Below, piece by piece: positions 17,285 through 26,838 of a stretch of 34,238 nucleotides of DNA (position 1 is the first letter of the stretch; every line of letters starts with the position of its first letter). The notes under the pieces were generated by a model. That model saw only the letters and a program-made list of their open reading frames with translations. It searched no databases and was not told the DNA's origin. This stretch comes from an archaeon (lineage in GTDB: Archaea > Thermoplasmatota > Thermoplasmata > WALJ01). The position numbers and the translations under genes are program-made. The stretch is taken from positions 1-34,238 of the forward strand of contig JAJRVK010000073.1 in NCBI GenBank assembly GCA_024277315.1, read 5' to 3'.

Positions 17285-19387
17285 ATGGAACACGATATGA
17301 ACGATATGGATATGAATGAGGGGCAGATGCATCATCACCATGAGCACGGAAACATGGAACACGGAGCGCACGGGATGAAACACGGGGATATGGAGCGTCA
17401 CCACGGAGGACACGAAGGAGGGGGACACAAGGGCCACGGAGACCACCATCAGCACATGGTCGAGGATTTCAGAAAGAGATTCTGGATCTCTCTGTTGCTC
17501 ACCGCTCCTATTCTGATACTCTCCCCGCTGATACAGGAGCTACTCGGCATTTCCGGCGCCATCGACTTCCCCGGTGACCTCTATGTTCTGTTCATCCTGT
17601 CATCCGTGGTTTACATATACGGCGGATATCCGTTCCTGAAGGGTTTCTACACGGAGCTTGCCAGAAAAAAGCCCGGTATGATGACCCTGATAGCCATAGC
17701 GATAAGCACGGCATACATCTACAGTGCGGTGGTGGTATTCGGTGTGAAAGGAAAGATATTCTTCTGGGAACTGGCAACCCTGATAGACATCATGCTCCTG
17801 GGTCACTGGATAGAGATGAAATCCGTGATGGGTGCATCCAGAGCTCTGGAGGAACTGGCGAGGTTGATGCCATCCGAGGCGCACAAACTCATGCTGGACG
17901 GCTCCGTAAAGGATGTCTCCCTGGAGAATCTGCGGCCCGGAGACCTGGTGCTTGTGAAACCCGGGGAGAAGATACCTGCTGACGGCATCGTTGTCAGGGG
18001 GGAGGGCTCGGTGAACGAATCCATGCTCACCGGTGAGAGCAAACCGGTCCCGAAAGGAAAAGGGGACACGGTCATAGGGGGCTCGATAAACGGTGAGGGC
18101 TCGATAACGGTTAAAATAGAGAAGACAGGCAAAGATTCCTTCCTCTCGCAGGTCATAGAGCTGGTCAGGGAAGCGCAGGAGAGCAGGTCGAAGACACAGG
18201 ACCTCGCCAACCGCGCGGCCGTCTGGCTGACCATAATAGCGCTCTCCGGAGGCGCGATAACCTTCTTTGTCTGGAATGTATTGGTGGGCAAGGACATAGC
18301 CTTCGCTCTGGAAAGGACGGTCACCGTGATGGTCATAACCTGCCCCCATGCCCTAGGTCTTGCGGTTCCGCTGGTGGTGGCTGTCTCAACCGCTATATCT
18401 GCCAAGAACGGTCTTCTGATAAGGGACAGGGCCGCGTTCGAGAGGGCCAGGAACCTGCAGGCGATAGTCTTCGATAAGACAGGCACGCTGACAAAAGGAG
18501 AGTTCGGGGTCACGGATGTGATACCTCTCTCGGACATGGGAGAGGAGGATATCCTCAGATATGCGGCGGCCGTGGAAAGCAATTCCGAGCATCCTATTGC
18601 GAAGGCCATAGCCAGAGCCTCCGGGAACATACCGAAGGTCGAGAGCTTCAAAGCGATACCGGGCAAAGGAGCCGAGGGCAAGGTCGAAGGAAGGCTTGTC
18701 ATGGTCGTGAGTCCCGGCTATCTGAGGGAGAAAGGCATTGAGATTGAGGATAAACGTGTTGAAAAGGTCTCATCCGAGGGAAAGACCGTGGTCTTTGTTC
18801 TGGTAGATGGAAAACCGAAAGGGGCCATAGCCCTCGCCGACATAATAAGGCCGGAATCTAGGGAAGCTGTGAAGAAGCTCAGGGAGATGGGCATAAAGTG
18901 CATGATGCTGACCGGAGACAACGAGCAGGTGGCGGCATGGGTCGCAAGAGAGGTGGGTCTGGACAAGTACTATGCCGAGGTCCTGCCCCATGAGAAATCC
19001 ATGAAGATCAGGGAGATACAGAAGGAAGGGCTGATAGTTGCGATGACCGGCGACGGTGTCAACGACGCTCCAGCGCTTGCTCAGGCGGATGTGGGCATAG
19101 CCATAGGCGCAGGGACCGATGTCGCCGTGGAATCAGCGGACATAGTCCTGGTTAGAAGCGACCCCAGGGATGTCGTGGCAATCGTGGGTCTGGCCAAAGC
19201 CACATACAGGAAGATGGTGCAGAATCTCCTGTGGGCCACGGGATACAACGCGTTCGCAATACCTCTGGCAGCAGGGGTTCTCTACTCCGAGGGCATACTG
19301 CTGAGCCCGGCCGCAGGTGCGGTTCTCATGTCCATGAGCACGGTAATAGTGGCCGTGAATGCGAAGTTCCTGAAGGTCACGAGGTAA
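17285..19387 (+). CDS. copB: P1B-type heavy-metal ATPase, CopB-like (His-rich N-terminus, CPH motif)
   Basis: 700-aa ORF. N-terminal HHHHEHGNMEHGAHGMKHGDMERHHGGHEGGGHKGHGDHHQH. TGES, TM6 ITCPHALGLAVP, DKTGTLT and GDGVNDAPAL. Confidence 0.9.
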   Translation: MEHDMNDMDMNEGQMHHHHEHGNMEHGAHGMKHGDMERHHGGHEGGGHKGHGDHHQHMVEDFRKRFWISLLLTAPILILSPLIQELLGISGAIDFPGDLYVLFILSSVVYIYGGYPFLKGFYTELARKKPGMMTLIAIAISTAYIYSAVVVFGVKGKIFFWELATLIDIMLLGHWIEMKSVMGASRALEELARLMPSEAHKLMLDGSVKDVSLENLRPGDLVLVKPGEKIPADGIVVRGEGSVNESMLTGESKPVPKGKGDTVIGGSINGEGSITVKIEKTGKDSFLSQVIELVREAQESRSKTQDLANRAAVWLTIIALSGGAITFFVWNVLVGKDIAFALERTVTVMVITCPHALGLAVPLVVAVSTAISAKNGLLIRDRAAFERARNLQAIVFDKTGTLTKGEFGVTDVIPLSDMGEEDILRYAAAVESNSEHPIAKAIARASGNIPKVESFKAIPGKGAEGKVEGRLVMVVSPGYLREKGIEIEDKRVEKVSSEGKTVVFVLVDGKPKGAIALADIIRPESREAVKKLREMGIKCMMLTGDNEQVAAWVAREVGLDKYYAEVLPHEKSMKIREIQKEGLIVAMTGDGVNDAPALAQADVGIAIGAGTDVAVESADIVLVRSDPRDVVAIVGLAKATYRKMVQNLLWATGYNAFAIPLAAGVLYSEGILLSPAAGAVLMSMSTVIVAVNAKFLKVTR

Positions 19388-20357
19388 TCCAGATTCCGAA
19401 GGCCTTTAGCATGGCTTCAAGGAATAGGTAGATACCGAGAATCGACATGCTCAGGGAAAGGAACACGAAAAGGATGGTGCCCAGACCGAAAGCAACCTTG
19501 AGAGCGCTCGACAGAAGAAAAACGGATATGAGCAGGAGCAAAAATCTCCGATCGATATCCGGAAGTCTCACCTTCTTTTTCTCCTGATTACAGGATATTC
19601 TGAGGTTCCTGTAAAGGATGAAAAACAGCAGGAGATATATGAGCCATGTGAGAAACTGGGTACTCGGGCCCGGCATATACCGGGAGTTCATGTAGGCACC
19701 GAAGAGAAGGTATACGAAAAGCAGAAGCATACCTGTGATAACCATCCCCCTTCTTTTCGGGAGAAGCTCGGCAATTCCGTGTCTGTTTCCGTGCAATAGC
19801 CCCCTCCAGAGTGAAATAGATATTATTATGACGGCCATCCCAGAAACCTCGGAAAGCAGGGTGACGGTCCAGGGTGTGGATGCGACCCAGAGAAGTCCGA
19901 GGCAGAGTGCTCCAAACAGAAGGCTTCTGCGGAACAGCGGCTCTTCGGACACAATCCGTCTGACCCTGGACGGCATGTAGGAAAGAATGTCCCTGGAAGA
20001 GGTGAGGAGCACCTCCGATACCGTGAGCGAGAGGATGAAGGATATGAAGGAATGGAAGAACAGAACCAGAAGGAGGAACGGGAAGATATATATCCCGCCA
20101 ACAGAGGCCGTACCATGGGCCCAGTCGGCAGACCCCCATATCACCTTGGTTATGTAAGTTTCATACATACCGAAAAGCATCCCCGCAGGATAGAGCACAT
20201 AGATCACGGGCCTGCCATATCTGAATACGATGGAGCCGAGAAAAAGTATGTGAAGCAGATATATGGGAAAGACCACGAGCCAGCCAACAGGGGTGAAGAA
20301 TGCGAAGGGTGTGGAGCCTGATATGACCTCTGCGAAGAATGTGGAGACCATTCCCAT
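19377..20357 (-). CDS. Polytopic membrane protein of unknown function
   Basis: 326-aa ORF, hydrophobic throughout (about 9-10 helix-length segments). I recognise no family motif. Its 3' end overlaps the copB 3' end by 11 nt (convergent). Confidence 0.6.
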   Translation of the reverse strand: MGMVSTFFAEVISGSTPFAFFTPVGWLVVFPIYLLHILFLGSIVFRYGRPVIYVLYPAGMLFGMYETYITKVIWGSADWAHGTASVGGIYIFPFLLLVLFFHSFISFILSLTVSEVLLTSSRDILSYMPSRVRRIVSEEPLFRRSLLFGALCLGLLWVASTPWTVTLLSEVSGMAVIIISISLWRGLLHGNRHGIAELLPKRRGMVITGMLLLFVYLLFGAYMNSRYMPGPSTQFLTWLIYLLLFFILYRNLRISCNQEKKKVRLPDIDRRFLLLLISVFLLSSALKVAFGLGTILFVFLSLSMSILGIYLFLEAMLKAFGIWITS

Positions 20358-20618
20358 GATAATCCAGAATAGAACTCTCAGTCTCCGAGGAGGCCCGTTC
20401 TCGATTTATTCTCCTTTCATCGGGAATAGAACCGCAACTTCCTATATATCATTTCGGACACGGACGGCCGGGATTTCTCTTTATGACCGATATTCGATTC
20501 AAAGACCATGAAAAATGATTCATTTAAGTATGTCTGGAATCTTCTGTTTTGAACATGAATACTCATATTTGACCTTTATGCTTTATATATGTCCATCAAC
20601 CCTCCCATAAAGGCGATA

Positions 20619-20948
20619 ATGATGGCAGAGCACATTCAGGTTCTCACAACCACCGAAAGCGAGGAGGATGCGCGCAGGATAGCCAGAGCGCTTCTGGATA
20701 AAAAGCTGGCAGCCTGCTTGCAGATAATCGGCCCGATTAAGAGCATATACAGATGGAAGGGAGAGATTGTGGAAGGCGAGGAGTGGCTCTGCCTGATAAA
20801 GACCCGCAGCGAGCTCTATCAAAGGGTGGAGAGGGAGATTCTCGAGATGCATCCATATGAGGTCCCCGAGATAATAGCGGTCCCTGTCTCTAACGGACAT
20901 TCCGAGTATCTGAGATGGATTGACGAATGTACGGAGGTGCGATATTGA
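20619..20948 (+). CDS. cutA: CutA1 divalent-cation tolerance protein
   Basis: LAACLQIIGPIKSIYRWKGEI...E..LLIKT....Y..VE..I.E.HPYEVPEIIA is the CutA pattern. TTTATATA at 20582-20589 lies 30 nt upstream of the ATG at 20619, suggesting a leaderless transcript. The ORF track starts at 20589. Confidence 0.85.
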   Translation: MMAEHIQVLTTTESEEDARRIARALLDKKLAACLQIIGPIKSIYRWKGEIVEGEEWLCLIKTRSELYQRVEREILEMHPYEVPEIIAVPVSNGHSEYLRWIDECTEVRY

Positions 20949-21913
20949 GGTATTATGAGAGCATACTGGATACCGTGGGCAATACCCCTCTGGTGCGACT
21001 TAACAGGGTCGCCGAGGGAATAAGTGCGACGGTTCTCGCAAAGGTGGAGTACTTCAACCCCGGTGGAAGCATCAAGGACAGGATAGCGATTTACATGATA
21101 GAGGATGCGGAGAGGAAGGGTCTCCTGAAGCAGGGTGGAACAATAGTGGAACCCACATCCGGAAACACAGGCGTCGGTATCGCGCTCGTTGCGGCGATAA
21201 AGGGATACAGGATGATATTCACCATGCCTGACAAGATGAGCATGGAGAAGGAGATGCTTCTCAGGGCATACGGTGCCGAGGTCATAAGATGTCCCACGGA
21301 TGTGCCTCCGGATGACCCTGAGAGCTATTACAAGGTCGCGGAAAGCCTTGTGAAGGAGATTCCCGGGGCCTTCTCACCCAACCAGTACTTCAACGAGAAC
21401 AACCCGAGAGCGCACTATGAGACGACAGGGCCGGAGATATGGAGGGACACCGACGGAAAGATAACGCATCTGGTCGCGGGTGTGGGAACCGGCGGCACGA
21501 TAACGGGTATCGGCAGATACCTGAAGGAAAGGAATCCTGACATAAAGGTCATAGGAGTGGATTCCGAGGGCTCCATATACTATCCGAGATTCCACGGAAT
21601 CGATGGAGACATACGCCCTTACAAGGTGGAGGGCATAGGAGAGGATTTCATACCCGAGACAGTGGATATGAGCATAATAGATGATATGGTGGTGGTCAGC
21701 GACAGGGATGCCTTCCTTATGACGAGGAGACTGGCAAGAGAGGAGGGCATACTGGCGGGAGGCTCCTCTGGAGCGGCTGTTCATGGAGCGCTCCGCATAG
21801 CCGGAGAACTGGATGAGGGTGCTCTGGTGGTTGTGATACTGCCCGACACAGGCAGGAACTATCTGAGCAAGATATTCAATGACGAGTGGATGGGAGAGGA
21901 GGGATATATATGA
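20927..21913 (+). CDS. Cystathionine beta-synthase-like / cysteine synthase family PLP enzyme (MccA-like, no CBS-pair domains)
   Basis: 328-aa ORF. GNTPLVRL, NPGGSIKDR, EPTSGNTGVGIA, GVGTGGTITG and a GVD.EGS tail, typical of bacterial CBS/OAS-dependent enzymes. Overlaps the cutA 3' end. Confidence 0.85.
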   Translation: MYGGAILRYYESILDTVGNTPLVRLNRVAEGISATVLAKVEYFNPGGSIKDRIAIYMIEDAERKGLLKQGGTIVEPTSGNTGVGIALVAAIKGYRMIFTMPDKMSMEKEMLLRAYGAEVIRCPTDVPPDDPESYYKVAESLVKEIPGAFSPNQYFNENNPRAHYETTGPEIWRDTDGKITHLVAGVGTGGTITGIGRYLKERNPDIKVIGVDSEGSIYYPRFHGIDGDIRPYKVEGIGEDFIPETVDMSIIDDMVVVSDRDAFLMTRRLAREEGILAGGSSGAAVHGALRIAGELDEGALVVVILPDTGRNYLSKIFNDEWMGEEGYI

Positions 21914-22743
21914 ACGCAACTATGGAAGAAGATAAGATAAGGGGGATATACAATCGGACGGCACGGGAATATGAGAATCACGTGACACCCTGCAAAATGT
22001 GCCAGTACATGATCCTCCTGCATGAACTAGAACTTAAAGGAGACGAGAAGGTGCTTGAACTGGGTTCTGGTCCCGGCCAGCTTTCCATTGAGATAGCCAA
22101 GAGGCTGAAGACCGGGGGCGTGACAGGCCTGGATATATCGGAAAGTATGGTGCGGATAGCCACCGAAAAGGTCGAAAGAGAGGGAATGAAAAATATCAGA
22201 TTTTTTGTAGGGAGAATAGAGGATTTCAGCGGTGAAGACGGCAGTTTCGATGTCTGTGTAAACTCCTATCTCATCCACTGGATAAACGATGCGAATTCGT
22301 TTCTGAGAAGCATCCACAGAGTTCTGAGGGTCGGCGGAAAACTGGGCATAATATCCCCATCCACCGAGTGGTACAGAGAGATAAGACAGGCATACCGGAA
22401 GGTGATGGCCAGATACGGTGAACATCTTCCCAGACACCTTCTCGAAGAGCCTGTGGGATTGAGGATATACACGGAAGAGGAGCTTCACGACCTTTTGGTT
22501 TCCGCGGGATTCGAAATATCCAAATCCATAGCATTCAGATTCCGGGAAGCCATACCGATAGAGGAGTGCTTCAGACGGATTGCCGCAAAGAGCGGCGAAG
22601 AATACCTCTCGTTCCTTCCCGAGGAGATTTCCAGAAATATACGCGAGGAGATTATGGAGGAAATAGTACAGGTTGCCGATAACCTTAATACGACCGAATC
22701 AGGGTACATCATAATAGCAAGCAGGTGTGAAAATGAGATTTGA
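21910..22743 (+). CDS. Class I SAM-dependent methyltransferase
   Basis: Motif I VLELGSGPGQLS and acidic post-I GLDISESM. The ATG at 21910 overlaps the upstream stop (ATGA). The ORF track starts at 21886. Confidence 0.8.
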   Translation: MNATMEEDKIRGIYNRTAREYENHVTPCKMCQYMILLHELELKGDEKVLELGSGPGQLSIEIAKRLKTGGVTGLDISESMVRIATEKVEREGMKNIRFFVGRIEDFSGEDGSFDVCVNSYLIHWINDANSFLRSIHRVLRVGGKLGIISPSTEWYREIRQAYRKVMARYGEHLPRHLLEEPVGLRIYTEEELHDLLVSAGFEISKSIAFRFREAIPIEECFRRIAAKSGEEYLSFLPEEISRNIREEIMEEIVQVADNLNTTESGYIIIASRCENEI

Positions 22744-23887
22744 AACCAAGGCCATACGCATCGGAGAGGAGCCGGACATCGAGAACGGAAGCGGAGATGT
22801 GGTCTCTCCGATACATCTTTCCACGACATTTGCCAGAAAACGCGTGGACATGCTGCCCGGAGGCTATGAGTACTCAAGAACAGCTAATCCCACAAGGGAC
22901 GCTCTGGAGAGAAAGCTGGCAGCTCTGGAAGACGCCCGCTTCGGTCTGGCATTCTCCTCCGGAATGGCAACCGAGACCACCGCTCTGCTGGCGCTCCTCA
23001 GGAGCGGAGACCATGTCATAGCCTTCGATGACCTGTACGGGGGAACAAAGAGGCTGTTCAGGACATTCGGGAGAAACTTCGGTGTGGACTTCACATATGT
23101 GGACGCAAGGGATCCAGATGAGGTTGCCTCTGCAGTAAAAGATAACACCAGAATGATATGGCTCGAGACGCCGACGAACCCGCTCATGAAGATGTGCGAT
23201 ATAGAGGAGATCTCGGAGATTGCACACGATAAAGGCATCATTGTGGCGGTTGACAACACCTTCGCCACTCCCTATTTCCAGAACCCACTGAAACTCGGCG
23301 CAGACATAGTCGTCCACAGCACCACCAAGTACATCAACGGACACAGCGACTCAGTGGGCGGGGCGATAATGCTTTCGGACGAGGAGATGCACGAAAGACT
23401 GAGGTTCCATCAGAACTCCAGCGGAGCCATCCTGTCGCCCTTCGACAGCTACATGACTCTCAGGGGCATAAAGACACTGGCCGTGCGGATGAGGGAGCAC
23501 GAGAGAAATGCCATGAGGATTGCGGAGTATCTGGAATCCCATCCGAAGGTGAGGCGGGTCTATTATCCTGGTCTGGAGAGCCATCCCCAGCATGGGCTAG
23601 CAAAGAAGCAGATGTCCGGATACGGGGGCATGATATCCTTCGAGATATATGACACTGTGAAGGATGCCACGAAGTTCGCCGAATCGCTGAGACTGTTCTC
23701 TCTGGCCGAAAGTCTCGGCGGAGTCGAGTCTCTAATAGAGATTCCGGCCCTCATGACCCACTCTTCTGTGCCGGAGGAGGAGCGAAGGCACATAGGCATA
23801 TCGGACACGCTGATAAGGATGTCGGTCGGCATAGAGAACGTTGAAGATCTGATTGAGGACATCGAAGGGGCCATGGAGGCCCTGTGA
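22727..23887 (+). CDS. Cystathionine gamma-lyase / gamma-synthase family PLP enzyme (MetC/MccB-like)
   Basis: 386-aa [22 protein letters not shown]-lysine [12 protein letters not shown] and SLGGVESL. The start is the GTG at 22727 or the ATG at 22733. Overlaps the methyltransferase stop. Confidence 0.9.
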   Translation: MKMRFETKAIRIGEEPDIENGSGDVVSPIHLSTTFARKRVDMLPGGYEYSRTANPTRDALERKLAALEDARFGLAFSSGMATETTALLALLRSGDHVIAFDDLYGGTKRLFRTFGRNFGVDFTYVDARDPDEVASAVKDNTRMIWLETPTNPLMKMCDIEEISEIAHDKGIIVAVDNTFATPYFQNPLKLGADIVVHSTTKYINGHSDSVGGAIMLSDEEMHERLRFHQNSSGAILSPFDSYMTLRGIKTLAVRMREHERNAMRIAEYLESHPKVRRVYYPGLESHPQHGLAKKQMSGYGGMISFEIYDTVKDATKFAESLRLFSLAESLGGVESLIEIPALMTHSSVPEEERRHIGISDTLIRMSVGIENVEDLIEDIEGAMEAL

Positions 23888-23904
23888 ATGTTGGGGTGAA
23901 TGAA

Positions 23905-26598
23905 ATGGGGGATAAAGAGGCTAAAAAGGCCGAGATAAAGATATCGGGCATGTCGTGTGCCACCTGCGCGATAACGATAGAGAAATCCCTCTCTTCCCTG
24001 GAAGGCGTCAACCACGCAAAGGTCAATCTCGGAACGGAAACTGCGGTTGTGGAGTACGACCCTGAAAAGGTTGACATGGGCAGCTTGGAGAAGGCGGTGA
24101 AATCAGCGGGCTACGATGTGGTCAACGGGAAAGCAACCGTTAAGATGGGCGGAATGACATGCGCGAGCTGCGTCAGGACCATCGAGAACGCCCTGAAAAG
24201 ACTGGACGGGATAGTGGAGGTGAATGTGAACCCCGGTGCCGAGAAGGCATACATAGTTTTCAATCCGAAGATGACGGGTCTGTCCGAGATAAAGGAGGCG
24301 ATAGAGGGTGCGGGCTACAGATATCTGGGTCTTGAAGGCGAGGAAGAGGATGCGGAGAAGGAAATAAGGGAAAAGGACCTGAGAGGAAAGCTGCACAGGA
24401 TAATCATAGGCTTTGCGGTGGGCATACCGATGATGCTGCTGACCCATGTCCCCGTCGAAGTGCCCATACCCATGCCGTATCTCATGCTCATAATATCCGC
24501 TCCTGTTTTTCTGTACCTCAGTTATCCGATATTCTCCGCTGCTTACCATGCGCTCCTGAACAGAAACCTGAACATGGATGTCATGTACTCGATGGGCATA
24601 GGCGTGGCCTTCGTGGCGAGCATCTTCGGAACATTCGGAGTTGTTCTCTCGAAGGACTTTCTTTTCTATGACACCGCAATACTGCTGGCCACCTTCCTGA
24701 TGATGGGGAGATATCTCGAGGCGAAAGCGAAGGGAAGGACATCCGAGGCGATAAAGAAGCTGATCGGTCTCCAGCCCAAGACTGCGACGGTCATAAGGGA
24801 CGGAAAGGAGGCGGAGGTTCCGATAGAGTATGTTGGGGCCGGCGACATAATACTTGTCAAACCCGGGGAGAGGATACCGGTGGACGGAGAGGTCGTGGCA
24901 GGCGAGAGCTATGTCGATGAGTCCATGATAACGGGCGAGCCCATACCTGTTATGAAAAGAAGAGGTGACACGGTCATCGGAGGGACGGTCAATACGAACG
25001 GCGTGCTCAGATTCAGGGCCACGAAGGTGGGAAAGGATACTGTACTCGCACAGATAATAAAACTCGTGGAGGAGGCACAGGGCTCGAAGCCGCAGGTGCA
25101 GAGGATTGCAGACAGGGTCGTCGCATATTTCATCCCCGCCGTCCTGGGGATAGCCCTGTTTTCCTTCATGCTCTGGTATCTTATCATGGGCAACACGCTT
25201 CTATTCGCTCTGACAACCCTGATATCGGTCCTTGTCATAGCATGTCCCTGCGCTCTGGGTCTCGCAACACCCACAGCTGTCACGGTGGGCATCGGAAGGG
25301 GTGCGGAGCTCGGCATCCTCATAAAGAACGGCGAGGCACTTGAGATATCGGAGAAGATAACGACCGTCGTGTTCGACAAAACCGGGACTCTGACCGAGGG
25401 AAGGCCGGATGTGACCGACATAGTGGCCATCGATATGAAGGAAGATGAGCTGCTCGGAATCGCCGCAAGTCTGGAGAAGAACTCCGAGCACCCTCTTGGA
25501 GATGCGGTGGTGAAGAAAGCCGGGGAGAGAGGCATCCCGTTGAGAGATGTTGAGAATTTCAGGGCGATAAGCGGAAAAGGGGTCATCGGCAGGATAGACG
25601 GCATCGAGATCATGGTCGGGAACAGGATGCTTTTCATGGAAAAGGGACTGAGGTACCCTGAAGATATGGAGAAGACCGTTCTGAAGCTTGAAAAAGAGGG
25701 AAAGACCGTGGTCATCGTCGCATTCGATGGCAGAATAGCCGGCCTGATAGCCATAGCCGACAGGATAAAGGAGAGCGCAAAGGATGCCGTCAGGGAGCTC
25801 AAAGGCATGGGGATAAAGGTTGCCATGATAACAGGCGATAACAGAAGAACGGCCAAGGCGGTTGCGAAAAAGCTCGGCATAGACAGAGTTTTCGCAGAGG
25901 TCTTTCCAAGGGATAAGGCGAACGAGGTGAAAAAGCTCCAGAAATCCAGAGAAACTGTCGCATTTGTCGGAGACGGAATAAACGATGCTCCGGCCATGGC
26001 ACAGGCGGATGTCGGCATAGCGCTCGGAAGCGGCACAGACATAGCAATGGAAAGCGGGGATATCGTCCTTATGAAAGATGATCTGAAAGATGTTGTTGCC
26101 GGAATCCAGCTGAGCAGAAAGGTCATGTCCAGGATAAAACAGAACCTCTTCTGGGCATTCGCATACAACACGGCACTGATTCCCGTGGCTGCCGGATTCC
26201 TTTACCCGATATACGGAATAACATTCAGACCCGAGCTTGCGGGTCTGGCGATGGCGATGAGCTCCGTCACCGTCGTGATCCTCTCTCTGACTCTGAAAAG
26301 GTATGTCCCCTCCCGGAAAGAAGAGAGGAGGGGGAGAATGATAGAGACACTCACCGTAATGGCCTGTCCACACTGCGTGGAATCCTATGATGTGGATATG
26401 CCCACGGACCGCTGCGTTGTTATATTTACCTGCCCGAGGTGCGGTGGAAACATAGTCCCGAAAAAGGGGATTGCTGCGTTTTCTGCTCCTATGCGGATAA
26501 AAAATTCCCCAGAAAACAGGAGGAAAATAAAAGGAGGTGAAATGCTGAACGACAGTTCGGCAGAGGCCTCCGCAATCAAAAACAAAGAAAGGAGGTGA
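23905..26598 (+). CDS. copA: Cu(I)-translocating P1B-1 ATPase CopA with two N-terminal HMA domains and an atypical C-terminal Cys4 extension
   Basis: GMSCATC and GMTCASC HMA motifs, TGEP, TM6 [18 protein letters not shown] and GDGINDAPA. The ATG at 23905 follows the SD GGGGTGA. The ORF track starts at the GTG at 23884, which overlaps the upstream stop. Confidence 0.92.
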   Translation: MGDKEAKKAEIKISGMSCATCAITIEKSLSSLEGVNHAKVNLGTETAVVEYDPEKVDMGSLEKAVKSAGYDVVNGKATVKMGGMTCASCVRTIENALKRLDGIVEVNVNPGAEKAYIVFNPKMTGLSEIKEAIEGAGYRYLGLEGEEEDAEKEIREKDLRGKLHRIIIGFAVGIPMMLLTHVPVEVPIPMPYLMLIISAPVFLYLSYPIFSAAYHALLNRNLNMDVMYSMGIGVAFVASIFGTFGVVLSKDFLFYDTAILLATFLMMGRYLEAKAKGRTSEAIKKLIGLQPKTATVIRDGKEAEVPIEYVGAGDIILVKPGERIPVDGEVVAGESYVDESMITGEPIPVMKRRGDTVIGGTVNTNGVLRFRATKVGKDTVLAQIIKLVEEAQGSKPQVQRIADRVVAYFIPAVLGIALFSFMLWYLIMGNTLLFALTTLISVLVIACPCALGLATPTAVTVGIGRGAELGILIKNGEALEISEKITTVVFDKTGTLTEGRPDVTDIVAIDMKEDELLGIAASLEKNSEHPLGDAVVKKAGERGIPLRDVENFRAISGKGVIGRIDGIEIMVGNRMLFMEKGLRYPEDMEKTVLKLEKEGKTVVIVAFDGRIAGLIAIADRIKESAKDAVRELKGMGIKVAMITGDNRRTAKAVAKKLGIDRVFAEVFPRDKANEVKKLQKSRETVAFVGDGINDAPAMAQADVGIALGSGTDIAMESGDIVLMKDDLKDVVAGIQLSRKVMSRIKQNLFWAFAYNTALIPVAAGFLYPIYGITFRPELAGLAMAMSSVTVVILSLTLKRYVPSRKEERRGRMIETLTVMACPHCVESYDVDMPTDRCVVIFTCPRCGGNIVPKKGIAAFSAPMRIKNSPENRRKIKGGEMLNDSSAEASAIKNKERR

Positions 26599-26603
26599 AA
26601 AAA

Positions 26604-26789
26604 ATGGCCATAGATCCGGTATGTAAGATGGAAGTGGATGAAAAGACGGCCGAATTCGTCACGGAGTACAATGGAAAGAAGTACTATTTCTGCGCTCCGG
26701 GATGCAAGAAATCCTTTGAAAAGAACCCCGAGAAATACATAGGCTCGGAGCACGAAGGACACCACCATCACGGCTGTTGCGGGCACTGA
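26604..26789 (+). CDS. TRASH/YHS-domain small metal-binding protein (CopM-like metallochaperone candidate)
   Basis: MAIDPVCKMEVDEKTAEFVTEYNGKKYYFCAPGCKKSFEKNPEKY is the YHS/TRASH C-x20-C-x3-C pattern. His/Cys tail HEGHHHHGCCGH. SD GGAGGTGA. The ORF track starts at the GTG at 26595. Confidence 0.8.
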   Translation: MAIDPVCKMEVDEKTAEFVTEYNGKKYYFCAPGCKKSFEKNPEKYIGSEHEGHHHHGCCGH

Positions 26790-26838
26790 AGGTGCCTGTA
26801 AACCCTTTATTTATTTATATCTATGAGGATTCGCAGCC

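Noticed and set aside
17285-17460. His-codon-rich low-complexity stretch at the start of copB as a possible artefact or separate peptide.
   Set aside because: His-rich N-terminal metal-binding regions are a known hallmark of CopB-type P1B ATPases and are in frame with the core.
20368-20433. 9-mer GAATAGAAC repeated 57 nt apart in the membrane-protein / cutA intergenic region.
   Set aside because: By rough estimate, a single 9-mer repeat in ~230 bp is only marginally unexpected. There is no palindromic structure or clear relation to a promoter.
24909-26171. Very long antisense ORFs inside copA (420 and 390 aa), copB (17803-18702, 299 aa), OFOR alpha (14801-15742, 313 aa) and the rubrerythrin/ferritin region (11222-11959, 245 aa).
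   Set aside because: Their translations are low-complexity and Ser/Pro/Arg-rich. They have no SD or promoter. Each lies fully inside a strongly motif-supported gene on the opposite strand. These are typical shadow ORFs.
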